DNA of 64,000 nucleotides, from positions 24,761,233 through 24,825,232 of the forward strand of contig OZ316892.1 in the NCBI GenBank assembly GCA_973895155.1. Reading direction: 5' to 3'. The notes below the pieces were generated by a model. The model worked only from the letters and a program-made list of their open reading frames with translations, made no database searches and was not told the origin of the DNA. Below, piece after piece: positions 1 to 13,175 of the stretch (position 1 is the stretch's first letter; every line of letters starts with the position of its first letter). The translations under genes and the position numbers were made by a program. The DNA is from Marsupella aquatica. Its lineage: Eukaryota; Plantae; Marchantiophyta.

Positions 1-299
1 GGATTATGGCTCAATTGATTAAACAGGAGTCTGAAAACATGGAAGATTCTTCGTCTCTTGATAATGAACTACTGGAAGATGAGGACGATGAAGAACTCAA
101 GTGACACCAGTTGACAGCTTGGCATCTATAGCCGGTGCTTGGGACGAAGAACAAGAAGATGCCACAAAATGAGACCACCAAGTCATGGGCCTATCAATCT
201 ACTGTAGATGCTTTGAAGTCAGGTTTCGACTTGCACTCTGAAAGCACACTGTCGACTTCAAGGGTGACTCGTGATTGATTGCGGCTCTTTGGAAAAGCT

Positions 300-660
300 T
301 GCAACAACTCAGAGATTTAGGTGCCCCAAAGTTATACATGCCATGTGCATTGACATGAAGGTCGGTTTCCAAGTTGGATCTTTTCTCGTTGATAGTTTCT
401 TATATATGTTACAGAGTCCTTTACGGTTTCAACCGATGGCAGAAGTTTTGAGTTTGATTTCGGATTTGTGTTTGTTAAAATCAGTATTGCTATCTGATAA
501 TGATTCACTCGTCAGTCTCCAGAGTTGGCAAAATCTTCCATAACTTCGTTCTCTATGAGTGCAATTCAATTTACGTGAGCATTCCGGAATGGATCCTCTT
601 GAAGGTCTCGTGGGGCCAGTCTTTCTAACTATTTGATCGAGTTCCATGAATCAAAATTGT
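300..660 (-). mobile_element. Highly degenerate RNase H-like coding remnant (possible old retroelement fragment)
   Basis: Minus-strand translation across shifting frames gives IELHS...LWKILPTLETDE*III / SDSNTDF ... HVNAHG. This resembles the RNase H E...DS...HVxAH order, but with several stops and frameshifts. Confidence 0.25.
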
Positions 661-1676
661 TCTGGCTCCGAGTACATGGAGGTAAGAAACGGTAATGCCA
701 TCATCTCATGCTCTGGGACACTGAAGTTTCTCGTAAGGCTTGCCCTGTTTTTCTTTTGTATTCTATTTTAGACTACCTTCATTGAAATTATGGTGTGCTA
801 AACAAAACTTAGAGTCGGGATCTTCATTTGAAGTTTTTCCTTGGATAGGATTTATAGGCATGCATGCGATCTATACAAACGTACATTTTAACTAGAGGAC
901 AGATGTAGAGTTAGAAAGAGCGTTTCTGGATCCCATCCAAGCTTGCGGACCTTCTCTATAAATTCCATGTCCTCGTTCAATCCACATACCTAAGGTTTGT
1001 CATTCTCGATGTAGAAAGAAAGTAAGTTTGTGACACAAATTCCATATATAATGGGTAGCTAGAGCTCTCTAGAAAAAACCAAGCCTTCTAGGCGCATATT
1101 GGATGTGATACTCTCTTGTCCCTGGACCTTGTCCTAAGTAGTATAATATTGGAAGATTCTTAGTGTCATTGTCAGTGGGAAATGTTGGGTATGGTTGATT
1201 TGTAAATTTCCAGGTATCCTTCTCCACTGTCAACACGATGGATTTGACTCTGGTGTAAGAGCGTCCCTGTTCTTCTCCTGAAATTTCCTAAATTTAATCA
1301 GATTATTTGTGGAGACTCAATTCACTAGCTGTTTGTGAGTCAGTAGCTGGGACCCTCAACCTGTAATTCTCTTGTGAATATATCTGATGATTCCCAGAAT
1401 AGGTAAGGGTGTCCCCGTCTCCCACCTTTGAACAACTTTCCTAAATGGTAATAAATGGTTTCCTACATTGCACGGAGAGAAATATGAAAAGTGACTTTGA
1501 AAGGGGTTTGAATTTTGAAAGGGGTTTTTCCTGCCCATCCCATAGACTAGGTTAACTCATCAGCCAATTTACACTGGATAAAAAAAGTGTCCTACTCCTT
1601 TTGGATCCTCCAAAGACCCCATCAGGACTGCCAGCTTGTCGCTTCGTTTACAGATGCCACGGTTCATTTGAGGGCC

Positions 1677-1981
1677 GAAAATCAAAGGAACTTGCACATG
1701 CAAGACGGCCCTAAAGTGTTTCAGGCTCAACTAAGATGAATCTGACTAAGCTGTATGTATAGCAGTTTAGAGATGGCTGAACCTGGAAAGAGCTTCAGAG
1801 AATTATGACCTTCATTCTCGTTCCAGAGAAAATCAAAGGACCGTGCACGTGCAAGACGGCCCTAAAGTGTTTCAGGCACAACTAAGATGAATCTGACTAA
1901 GCTGTATGTATAGCAGTTTAGAGACGGCTGAACCTGGAAAAGCTTCAGAGAATTATGACCTTCTTCATTCTCGTTCCAGAG
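1677..1981. repeat. Direct tandem duplication, 2 x ~152 bp
   Basis: GAAAATCAAAGGA...GCAAGACGGCCCTAAAGTGTTTCAGG...CATTCTCGTTCCAGAG occurs at ~1677-1828 and ~1828-1981 with few differences. Confidence 0.95.
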
Positions 1982-2439
1982 CTAGTTGGTGGTATACTGC
2001 TATTTGTTAACTTGAATACTTGTTACCAGGAGAATCGGGATGCTCGGTGTTGAGACAATATCGGACAGCATGGCATCACATGGATCTAATCCAAACCAAC
2101 ACAAACACAAAGATACTTGGATCACTTTGTCTCAGTTATATCCAAGGCTGAGAGAAGAAATCCCTATGCATGAACACAGCCGTCATAGCCTGGCAAACTA
2201 ACCAAGTTACTCTATGAACCTTTGTCTCCTCTATCTCCACCTTCCGCAACTCTTGAATACTGATTTCTAGTATGAACACATTGAAATGCTCTCACAAGAC
2301 TATTCCCTCTCCACTAGTCTCACCTCAACAACCTTTAACCGTGGTTAGATTGCACCCTATTTAATTTAACCAGACTCTAAAGCTAAGTATTAACAGCTGG
2401 GTGCCTCACTGGCCCGCTGTCTGGTTAAACTGACGGACA

Positions 2440-2860
2440 TGTTATTGTGTTGTCCGACACAACAACTTGTCATTTGTCGGCTCCAAATGTCCGACACAAC
2501 AACTTGTCATTTGTCGGCTCCAAAAGGGGTCAAATGTTGCATATTTGCCTACATCCCCCAGCCTGGTTCTGAACTCTCCTGAACCCCTCCCGGCCCGGTC
2601 CTGGACTCCCCTGGACACCCCCGGTTTAGCGAGCTGGCTCCCTGGTTCGGGGCCGGGTCGGAGCGGGATAGGGTAAGGTCGGGGTTGGGGGCGGGACAGG
2701 TCGGGCTGGGACAGGTTGGGGCCGGGTTGGGCTCAGGTCGGGCCGGGGTGTGGGCCAGTCTGGGTGGGGGTTGGGGCCGGGATGACCGGGTGTGACACAT
2801 GTTGGATGTCGAGGTCCAGACCCCTCATTTGTCGGACAAGTCCAAACCCGGGTTTGTTTG
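2440..2860. repeat. GC-rich C-tract/G-tract mirror element, copy 1 (includes a 2 x 37-bp tandem at 2451-2524)
   Basis: C-rich CCCGG arm (~2553-2645) is followed by a G-rich CCGGG arm (~2645-2790). CATTTGTCGGACAAGTCCAAA (~2826-2846) matches, in reverse complement, TTTGGACTTGCCCAACAAATG at ~39644-39664. Confidence 0.7.
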
Positions 2861-4108
2861 AAGTGCTGCTTACAGGATACATTATTACACATTACCTGTA
2901 ATCTCGAGAATTCTCGTTAATCGGTTCGTTCGAAATCCTCCTTACAGCATATAGCATGACACATTACCTGTAATTCAGAGAACTTTCCTTACACAGCGTA
3001 CCGGTGTCAATGGGTTCAGGCACTTCATCCTTACACTAAGAATAGTGTAATACATGCTCATGCTGACAGGCCGCTACGCCCCAACTCTGCGCACGAAGGA
3101 GCACTGCACTGCTTCGATCGAGCTCGGTGCCGATCGCCAAGCAATAATGCGAATGTGAGCCAGCAGGCCAGCGAGTTAATCGATCGATCCTCCTGTTGAA
3201 AATGATGGGGAATGAATGTTAAATGATTCGCAGGACCGAAATCGAGGACGGAAGAGCTTCAGACTGCAGATCGCGAAAGCAGAGCAGATGATGCTGTTGT
3301 TGCGCAATGGTGAAGAAACCTGGTTATCGGCGACGGAGCGGCATGTTGCTGCGGATCGGGGAAGCAGATGATGATGATACGCAATGGTGAAGAATATAAC
3401 GAGGAATTGTTGGCCTAAATATTAGGACTGGCGGAATAATCAGTCGTCTTATGGATTTGCTCTGAGCGCCGATCTAATAGAGGAAAGATAGAAGCACTGT
3501 AACGTCCGGCGGATTGGAGTTGAAGTCCTGGACTCCATTGTTGTTGTTGATCGGTTTTGAAGCACAGAGGAGGAGGAGGAGCAGGAAGATGATGAAGATC
3601 TGGAGCCAAGGGACGGTCCGAGACTACTGTTTTTTACGCAATGCAATGCCATGTAAGGTAGCATCAGGATGAGGATAAGTTTTCTTGGAAGAAATGAGTG
3701 GCCTCCACGACGGACGCAACGAAAGACCTATAGGTTGAGTCGTTCAATGGAGAGAAGCGGTGAGCTAATAAAGCTCTAGAGCTTTCGAATGGATGATAGC
3801 TACAAGGCTGAATCAGGATATGTTTCTTTGGAATGAACGAATGGACTCAGAAACGGACGCAAGGAAAGACCCGAAGATTTTCTATTAAGCTTATCATTTC
3901 TGAAGGAGGGAGGACACGAGCCTTCATCACTAGGGCTTCAAATTGGATGATGTTGAGAATGCAAGAGCACTGGAAACTGTGAAGGGAGTTAATTGTTGCT
4001 GCGTTTGCGGTTCTGAGGAACGGAATTCAAGCAGAGAGATCAAGTGGATTTGGAGGAGGAGTTCTTTTTCCTCTAAGGACGAGAAAGGGAGGGCGAGATC
4101 TAGTCAAG

Positions 4109-7100
4109 ATGATGGTTGATCTGGCAGTGTTCGGTGACGAGAGATACGACGCGAAAGCCTGGCTGAATGCGGCGTGCCGCGGGAGGCTTCCTGATGATCC
4201 TGTGGATCGATATTTGACGGATTTGGAAGTGAAGCTGCAGTTGTTGGCAGAAACCATCACCGCCGATTTGGATGAGCAGAGCAATGGCGCTCTCCAGCGA
4301 GTTCCGAGAGCTTCGCGGGACGTTCAGCGTGTCTGCGATGACGCCACTGCTCTCCGCTCCACTGTCTCTGCCATTCTCGCAAAGCTCAAACAGGTTTTTC
4401 CTCCTCCCCCGTCGCTCTCATTTGTCAACGATATCTTCACACTAAGTTGAAAGAAATAAACATTCAAACTCTTGCCGTCGTGTACTTATCCTAATTTGAT
4501 GTCAATCCTATGCAGTTGAGTTTGCTGCACGAATAGAATTTATACAATAGATTCAAAACATACCAAAGCTCTTGGTAGGCTGTCACAGTAGCCTGTCACA
4601 GTACCCTATGAATATGCAATGTGCCCCCCTGCTCTTCTGCTACGTCCTGGAATCTAATCGAAAAGTTCAAAATTACACCACAGCGAAAAGTAAGCAGACC
4701 AACAGAGGCAACCCGAAATCAAATAGAAACATCAAACCGAAATTTGAACAGATGTACTAAATACAAGCACGTTACCCCTAACTCTCAATGCATGATATAC
4801 ATAAAAGCGAATGATAATAATCCTCTGCATAAATGAGTTGGACAAGACCTAACCCCCAAGTGTATGGTAAAGATGTCGAGTGTCCAATTCAAAGCAAGTC
4901 CGAGTCGGTTGCCTATATGGATGTCCTTTCACGAACTAAAATCTTGATTTTCTCAATCAGCCTGGGTTCAACTTTCTAAGGACTCTGTTTGTACGCAACG
5001 GTAAGCTTTATGCAAATACAGCGCATCTTACATCTTGTCTTCTTCGTAACAGGCAGAGGGGACATCTGCAGAGTCAGTGGCTGCACTCGCTCGTGTGGAT
5101 ATTGTGAAACAGCGTATGGAAGCTGCTCACGAGACATTACAGGTTTTGTACTGAGAGACCTTGATTCTAAGTAGTGGGTCCATTTCTTCAAGAATTAGAC
5201 AAGTTTCAGCTTCACTTCTTCTGTGGAAGTCTTCCGTACCAAATCCTCTTTGGGTTCTTTCAACAGCCAAGTCTTAAGCTTCAGTCTCATGATGATTCAG
5301 GATGCTGCTGGTTTGGCGAAGTTGAGTGCCAGTGTGGAGGAAGTTTTTGGAAGTGGTGACCTACCTAGGGCTGCAGAAACCTTGGCAAATATGAGACGCT
5401 GCCTGGCGGTCGTCGGAGAAGTAAATGTTACCTCAGTTTACTGGTGTACTTCTTGGTTGCTGTTGTGTGTGACCCTCTTTATTGTGTGGTTGTCAGTCCT
5501 CTGAGTTTCACTACAGTTCAGAAGTGCTTAACTATTTCTGCGTTATGAATACAACTCTTATAGCAAATTGTGAATTTTGACCTTTTACCTGTAGGTTCCA
5601 GAGTTTGCGAACGTGAAGCGTCAACTGGAGGTATTAGAAGATCGGCTTGAGGCCATGGTGCAACCTCGACTTGCGGATGCTCTATCACAACGCAAAGTAA
5701 GGGTCCTCGTCAAGTTATTTGGACTTGTGGAATGGGAAAATTAGTGAAGCAAGATTTCAAAATAATCCATGTTGCTCACGTCTTGTCTTCACGTCCATTA
5801 TGCTTGATTTCTGTTACCCAACAATCATGGGTTCTTGTATACCCATTTTAAAGGTTACCGTTAATCAGGTTGACAGCACTCAAGGACTGCGGGACATTCT
5901 GATCAGAATTGGGCGATACAGCTCGTTAGAACAGCATTACACACGAGTTCGTGTGAAGCCATTGCGCCGTCTTTGGGAGGAATTTGAGTCGGGAAAAGGA
6001 GGATTACCTGTAGGGAAACAGTCTCCAAATGACAAGCAACCTGTGACCATCATTGTACAAAATAATGGTTCGGTATCCTTCTTGGAGTGGCTTCCGAAGT
6101 TCTATGATGAAGTCCTAGTCCAATTCGAGCAAGAGTTCAAATGGTAAGCAAATCTAAGTTCTGTCATGATATGGGTCGGACCTGGCTTAACATGGGAATG
6201 ATTACATCTCCGAGTCTTGGTAAATTGCCAAGGTTGGAATGACTGCCATACTGAGTAGGTTAACTGTATGGGATAACTGTACTTGTAGCATCCAGATTCG
6301 ATCATTAATTTTACATTTCTCGGGGTCTCTTACAAATAGTGAGAGTCACGATTGAACGGATAGATACCCTATATCTGTAACTGATGCCCCTTTTCTATTT
6401 AGTTTTGATTAAACAGCTTCAGATATGTCCGTTTCAGTTGAAAAATGACAAACGACTGATATGTTTTTGTTGCGTAGGTGCACTATTGCGTTCCCAGAAG
6501 ATCACAAATTGCTACTCCCGAGATTGCTAATAGAGACAATGTCAACTATCTCGTCTAGTTTTGCTGCTCGAATCGATGCTGCTTCTCAGGAGGCAACTTC
6601 TGGCACTCGCGCTGCTAGTGGAGGTAAGTGAGTGAGTTTAGTCTTCGTGACGCTCAAGTGTTTTACCTATGGACTGTTGAGCCTAATTGCTTAGGTCATT
6701 TAACATTGAGGTAAGCTTTCGGGATGACTGGCGGTTTATTGTCTCCAGAATCCGCTATCGGTTTTGTAATATTTTTCTTGCTATATCTGTTCAACCAGGT
6801 GATAGTGAGAATGGGGGAGTGGAGAAAGGACGTAGCTCTGGGTTGGGAACACTAATTTCTTTACACAACGTCACTGGAGAATTTGCAAAAAACGTACAGC
6901 ACTTGCTGTCTGGAATTGATTCGTCTGAGGTTGCGCGCGTGCTAACTGCTGTTTATCTTCCATACGAAGGCTACAAACAAAGGTGCAGCGCACTTACTCG
7001 TCCAAATTGATATAAATCAACGCACTTAAAATCTAAGGACTGGCTCAATTAAAGTTGGTTGGGTTTCGACAGATTCAGCACGTTTCTCCTACCATGGTTG

Positions 7101-9014
7101 TAACAATTTGAGGTTTCTATTTTTTTGGTGGTGGAATGTTTGCCGGGGGTTTGAAATGTATCAGATATGGAGAGCCCAAGCGGCTTCTTAGTGCTTTTGT
7201 GCTAATTTTGAGGTTATCTAATTGCATTTATCAGATATGGAGAGTTAGAACGAATCCAACTTCTTGGTGAGATCACAGCTGTGGATCTCAGAGGAGCTGT
7301 CCCACGTGGTCTTGGACAAAAGGGTGTGGAACTTAGTGAGACGGTTGGGCGCCTGGACGCCTCAGTTCCACAATTAATTCTACTGCTCGAAGCAGCGGTA
7401 GACAGATGTTTGAGTTTCACCGGTGGTTCTGAAGCAGAAGCACTTTTACGTACCTTGGATGAGGTATTTCTTCAGTATCTTGCATCACTCATGGAGATTC
7501 TGAAATCATTGCGTCCTCTATGTGGAGTGGATGCTCCACCTCAAGAAGGCAAGAAGGATGGGGCTGGGGAAGCAACAAGTGGCAGAAAAGACATAGGGAG
7601 CAGCGGAAGTGCCACTGATTTGGTCCCAGAAGAGGAAGAATGGGCTATAGTTCAAGGGGCTCTGCAGTTCTTGACCGTTTCTGACAATCTGAGTGCACGG
7701 TCTTCTGTGTTCGAGGCCTCGTTGCGCACAGTGCTGACCAGGATAAGTTCTCACCTGCAACTATCCCCGTCATTTGGTCAAGTTGGAGCAAACGGTACCG
7801 AAACTGAAAGCAGGGAAGGAGGTGCAGGTCCTTTGGATATGGCTGTCCTAAGACTTGCAAATGCACCTGATAAGGAAAGACGACTTGCAAGCCTCCTCGA
7901 ACAGGTGCGTTATTGTGTCCGCCATCCTCCTATTCTTGGCTACTTTATATATGGGGGTTAGTAGCCGCTCATCTGGTTAGTACATCAATCTGCTTTAAAG
8001 GGGAAATTATTTCAGGTAGGTTGATCAAACTCGGAGTTTTAAGTTCCGTTATGGTTTGCAATATCTGTTTCCCTAGAAAGAATCCATCCATGGAAACTAA
8101 GTATGTACAGTATGCATGGTGTAAGTAGTTCATCCAGTGTTTCATTGAATCACGTTATTGAGCATAACTCTGTGGACGCTTCTTATCTTCGGAGATCTTA
8201 TTTCATTATTTATTATTTTTCACTGGCTCGTCTGACGATATCCTTGTAATATGCACTGCTTTGCTGTTCCTAATATCTGAATATCTCACAGGCAAAGGAT
8301 CCCAGGTTTCATTCTCTTCCCCAAACAGCTCAAAGGTTATCAGCATTCTTGGAAGCAGTCAATGACCTTGTTTATGAAGTGCTTATCTCAAAAGTACGAT
8401 CAAAGCTTACGGATGTGGCCCGTATGCCTGTCTGGTGCGCGGAGGAGGAAGATAATGTTTTTTCTTTGCCAAGCTTCAGTGCCTACCCTTTGCCGTATGT
8501 AACCAGTATTGGTGAATACCTCTTCACGTTGCCGCAGCAACTGGAGCCCCTCGCATCAGGGACGGGAGGTGTAGATGAGAATGCAGATGAAGCTCAATAT
8601 ACTGAGTGGATGTTCAAGGTATTTCCGTGGTTCATAGCCCAAGTTCCGGCAATCTTTCAGAATTGCCTTGGAAATGCTTTGTATTTATAGATTGGATTCT
8701 TGACGCGACAACCTCCTTACACGTGCTTCATTTGCCTTATGCAGGTTGCAGAGGGAGCCACAGCATTGTACATTGATCAAATACGAGGCATTCAAGCCCT
8801 TAATGAACGAGGAGCCCAGCAACTCTCTGCCGATATCGAGTACTTGTGCAATGTGCTCTCTGCCTTGTCTATGAGCATCCCTATGGTTCTCTCCACCTTT
8901 CAGGCTTGCGTGGCAGCCCCAAGAGACAAGTTGCGTGAATTAGCCAAACAAGAGGGGCTTGATAATGCCAGTTTTCGACTTGTTTGCAAGATGCGGCAAG
9001 TGCCTGTAGAGTAA
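4109..9014 (+). CDS. COG7: Conserved oligomeric Golgi complex subunit 7 (10 exons, ~822 aa)
   Basis: Exons 4109-4393, 5053-5142, 5301-5420, 5595-5696, 5869-6143, 6478-6623, 6799-6982, 7235-7904, 8292-8618, 8745-9014. All introns are GT-AG and phase-consistent. N-terminus MMVDLAVFGDERYDAKAWLN..LTDLEVKLQL and C-terminal LPSFSAYPLPYVTSIGEYLFTLPQQLEP and GAQQLSADIEYLCNVLSAL are typical of plant COG7. Confidence 0.95.
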
Positions 9015-10506
9015 CCTTGGTGTCAAGGCCCACTGTCTCTGCACAATTTTGTTCTCTGAGATCATATTGAGCCAAGTGCCTGGATCCGTTGCGTTTTGTC
9101 GTCGGGTGAAGTTCTAAAAGATATCTTTCTGCTGGTCCGAGGATATTGCGTCCAAGTACCAGAGCCTTGTGCGCGACCAGCTTTCTTGGAGAGTTCTATA
9201 GAAAGTGGTCTGCCACCAACAGGAGCTGTTGTGCTTAGCCATCCTGCCGATTAGTACTCCAGGAGAGTCACAGTAGATTCTTTCTCCGATCTAGATGTTC
9301 AGTGCTTCCCAGCTCGGGCTACAGCCAACCTACCTCTTTAGAGGTGCTCTTTAGGAGATGCGGATGCCGGAGCTGATGAACAAAAATTATTAAATTGGGA
9401 AATGATGCGGATACCTACTAGTAGGAAGTCTGACAACGACTTGATTTGTTCCCTCCAACCATGTTCCGTGATTGGAAGGCCTTGCAGACTTCAGAGTCCC
9501 AACACACTCTGACCTAGTGAAACGTCAAATTGGCTGAAAAAATTGGAGCCCAAGTTTTCAATGTAGACTATATGGGTCACACCTTCTAATTGTGTGCAGA
9601 GATCAACTCGCTTTCACTTGATGTATGTGAGGTACTGGCTTGAAGTCTCTACCTATTGTCTGTAGATTCAAAGGTCTGATCTCTGAAACACGTAGCCTGA
9701 AGATATCTGCAAGCCCCTGACTGCTGGGTACCTTTCATTGCGCAAAGCTCAGGGAATTGAAATTTGTGTTGCTAAGTGTAGGATGACCAATAAACAAAGA
9801 TGTGGTTGCATCCGGTAAGTGCTGAGTTCGTTCACCTAACGGAAAGGTAGATAAGTCCTGTAACTGTAGACAAACAAAAACCAGAGCAGTCTAATTGGCA
9901 TTGCGGGATTCTGATCCAGGTCCTGGGAATCCGATCTGTCGACTCAGGAATGTTGTTCAGCGCTTTGTTTCATAATGGACTTTTAGAAGAGATTCATGGA
10001 ACAAAGAATCGAGTGCCCAGAGTAGAGGTAAATGGGAAAGTGTTATTGTCGCACTCGTCAGACAGCAGTCACAAAAGAAAAGTGGACAAGTCCACAGCGC
10101 TACCAGCGACTAGTTCACCCGCGTGCTACGTATTTGTGAAATACAGGTAGTGAAAAGGCCCGGTCCAGCAAATATTTCCAATGTTATCAATACAAAAGGA
10201 GTCGTGCCAGAACCCTGTCAGATTGATTGTAGTACTAACGTGTCAGATTGGTTGCTGAACACCGAATCTCAGCGAGTACAGAGATCTCAAGTGCAGGAGG
10301 TGAAGTAATCGTCCTTACTATTCGGTCATTTCAACTGGGGTCCTTCAAATCGCATCAACTCGACAGGGGTTATAAAAGAGAAAGCTGTCTAGTGGCAGAG
10401 CAATGACTACTGACAGCCATGCTCAAACAGTAACGAAACTCAATCCGTGCACGTCAGTACTGGACCAGCTCAGGAGCCACGACCAGTCCGTTAGATTCCT
10501 GACAGA

Positions 10507-10660
10507 GTGTACAAAAAGGGAACTTGCACTTCCCATTCTCGTCATCCCTACAGTCATCTCTTCCTAAGTCCTCTTCCTAAGTCCACAGTCCATAAGTGCG
10601 ACTGTACAGAAAAGGAACTTGCATTCTCGTCATCCCTACAGGCAGCTCTTCCTAAGTACA
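10507..10660. repeat. Local imperfect duplication (~55 bp x 2)
   Basis: TGTACA.AAA.GGAACTTGCA...TTCTCGTCATCCCTACAG.CA.CTCTTCCTAAGT occurs at ~10508 and ~10603. Confidence 0.8.
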
Positions 10661-11064
10661 AACATTGGATGATAGCAAGGGGTCCCGTTTTATCCTTTTG
10701 TTCCCCACCATTTTGCAGTTTTTCTTGCGGTTTTATACCTGCAGAAAGGGCTCCACTAGATGACAATTATGTAAGTGCAAAACCCTCTATTAATGTATTG
10801 TACACTTCTGGGTCAGAGCACAAGATTCTATGTGGAACTCTTACGGATAGGTGCATACCAATTTGTGTAGAGTTCATGTTGTATTTTTTAAGATAGTTGA
10901 TAGGGTATCTCAAAACAGGGCGAAGTTACAGACATATGGTCCATCCTCTAACTATGGTTACCGGACCCAGCTACAGGTCCCAGCTACACGTTTTAAAAAA
11001 CGGGAGTAGGGAGCTTTGAGCCGCCCCAAAAGGCAGGCGTTAAGCCCATCTCAATTATGTTAAA

Positions 11065-11103
11065 CCCTTCCCTTCCCTTCCCTTCCCTTCCCTTCCCTTC
11101 CCT
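11065..11103. repeat. (CCCTT)n microsatellite
   Basis: About 7 perfect CCCTT units. Confidence 0.95.
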
Positions 11104-11654
11104 CCGGTAAGTCCTCACCCCCAACACTCCACGCTCAGCCTTTGACTTCTCATACCAAACTTCCAGGGTTTAAAATTCTCAGGAGCAAGGTAATCAAAAT
11201 CGTTGACACGTAACGCATCAGTTGACAAATCACTGACGAAGAACTCTTAGTTAGCACCTCATCTCAGATTTCTGGGTTGCCGGATTTCAACATCCCCGAA
11301 TTTCAGGAATTCGACATATGACTCTCAAAGTAGGGATGTAGAGCTTGAAGGATGAACAGTCGAAGGTTTTACGAGTCTCCTACTTGAACATGACATGGAA
11401 ACTTCTCGAATATGAGCAGGGAGAGAGAAAGGGACCGAAGGTCGAGGCAATCTGGGAAGACGAATCATCCTGCTCCTTATTTGTGAGTGCAAAGGCTGAA
11501 AATGTGCACTTATCACATCCTGAAAATCACATGTAAATGCCAAGCCCTTAACTCAAGCTTTGCCTTGGTGGAAACAGCGGGTCGGCCACCTCATCATATC
11601 TTCCGATGTGATGTGTCGTAACACAATAATCATGGGTGATCCGCCCTTTCCGTA

Positions 11655-11765
11655 CTCCGAAGACAAACAGACCAAGATGACATGTCGGACATCTATTGCT
11701 CAATAACTCGTCCTCCGAAGACAAACAGAACAAGACGATATGTCGGGCGTCTGTTGCTCAATAAC
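11655..11765. repeat. Tandem duplication, ~58-bp period x 2
   Basis: CTCCGAAGACAAACAGA.CAAGA.GA.ATGTCGG.C.TCT.TTGCTCAATAAC occurs twice. Confidence 0.85.
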
Positions 11766-12495
11766 ACTACCTTGAAGACGTCAAAGGAAGAATGCACGAT
11801 GAAACAATGGATGCACACAAGACGAACTCCAGATGGCGCCTCATCTTCCAATTCCCGCTGATGACTCCCCCCCCCTAGAGTGCTCCCTGGTCGACCTTTT
11901 CCACTTGTGGGCAAATCCACGGCGATGATGTGCCAGACCTTTTTCATCGTTAAGTAACAGCTCCCGGCCTCGAGCATGACGGAAAGAGCAGGGATGAAGA
12001 TCTCCTGCCATCGCCTATTAAAAGCGAAGTTGGAGATGAACAGGCACAACAGGGTGACCAGGGCAGCCCAGAGGAGGAGGAAACAGAGCCCAAGGTTCTT
12101 CGTCAGTTCGTCGGGATCTTACACGGAGGCGATGGAGAACAGACCCAACCTATAGTCGGCCTGTGCCGATCTTCAAGGCGATGACAGCTACTGTGCATTC
12201 TTAGAATAGTGCATTAAAAAACAGTTTCACTGGGAATAGCATTACCTTTCATGCTGCGGGGCGGATGAAGAAGCGCCGTCACCCGCGTCTTCCGCTCCGA
12301 GAATCTCGCTTTTGATCTCGGCCGGACAAGATCATTGCTACTCTGCTGCCGATCCTTCCATGGAATTTGAATCAAATCAAGAGGAGAGGAGATCTGGACT
12401 CTGGAGACTGTGGAGAGAGGAGACGGGAGGAGTCCCCACCACAACCACCACCGACCAAGTTTGGCTTTTGACAGTCGGCAGCACCGCCGTTTCTG

Positions 12496-13142
12496 TTACC
12501 GTAGTCAGAGCCAGTTTCCATAACCACGGAGGACAATTCTCATTACCGTAGTCAGAGCCAGTTTCCATAACCACGGAGGACGTTCTCATTACCGTAGTCA
12601 GAGCCAGTTTCCATAACCACGGAGGACATTCTCAGTACCGTAGTCAGATCCAGTTTCCATAACCACAGAGGACATTCTCATTAAGGTAGTCAACCCACTT
12701 TCCATAACCACGGAGAACGTTCTCATTACCATAAACCCTTCGTGAATTTTTTTCTTTGTATCTGTGTACCAAGTTACGAGACATTACCCCCAGGTGAAGC
12801 CATGGAACCCCTCGGCCAGCCTGGCATGGGGATTATGAAATTTGAATGAGAAATAGGGTAACTGCAAGTGGCAGACACTGACGGATCAGACTTTTATTGT
12901 GTCAAACTGAACCAAATATTTTGTAAAAATTCACTCAGGCTTTACGCTTGGTAACTCATCCCCACTTGGGGATAATGGATGGAACCCCCTCGGGCTCAGC
13001 ACCCTTTGGGATTACATCTCATTACCCCCTCTTGGGGATGGGTTACCCTACACGTAGTCAGGGCCACTTTCCATAACCACAAAGGACATTCTTATTACTC
13101 TAGTAGACCCACTTTCCATGACCATGGAGGACATTCTCATTA
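12496..13142. repeat. 46-bp minisatellite (5 units + ~2 units), split by an inserted element
   Basis: Unit TTACCGTAGTCAGAGCCAGTTTCCATAACCACGGAGGACATTCTCA occurs x5 at 12496-12730 and resumes mid-unit (GTAGTCAG...) at 13054. Confidence 0.92.
12731..13053 (-). mobile_element. Dispersed ~320-bp non-coding element (family A), copy 1
   Basis: Reverse complement begins GTGTAGGGTAACCCATCCCC and contains TAATG.GATGTAATCCC and ATCCCCAAGTGGGGAT. It is homologous to 13176-13666, 14087-14172 and 48206-48840. Confidence 0.75.
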
Positions 13143-13175
13143 TCTCCGCAACATAGAGATTTCCAATGGTTAAGG

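Noticed and set aside
2549-2901. Pro/Gly-rich ORFs here and at 39425-40143
   Set aside because: They are by-products of stop-poor C/G tracts open in many frames, with no splice structure or recognisable domain.
12496-12730. CRISPR-like appearance of the 46-bp array (also 48234-48645 and 38545-39245)
   Set aside because: Units are contiguous or have homologous linkers rather than unique spacers, there are no cas genes, and the context is a plant nuclear genome.
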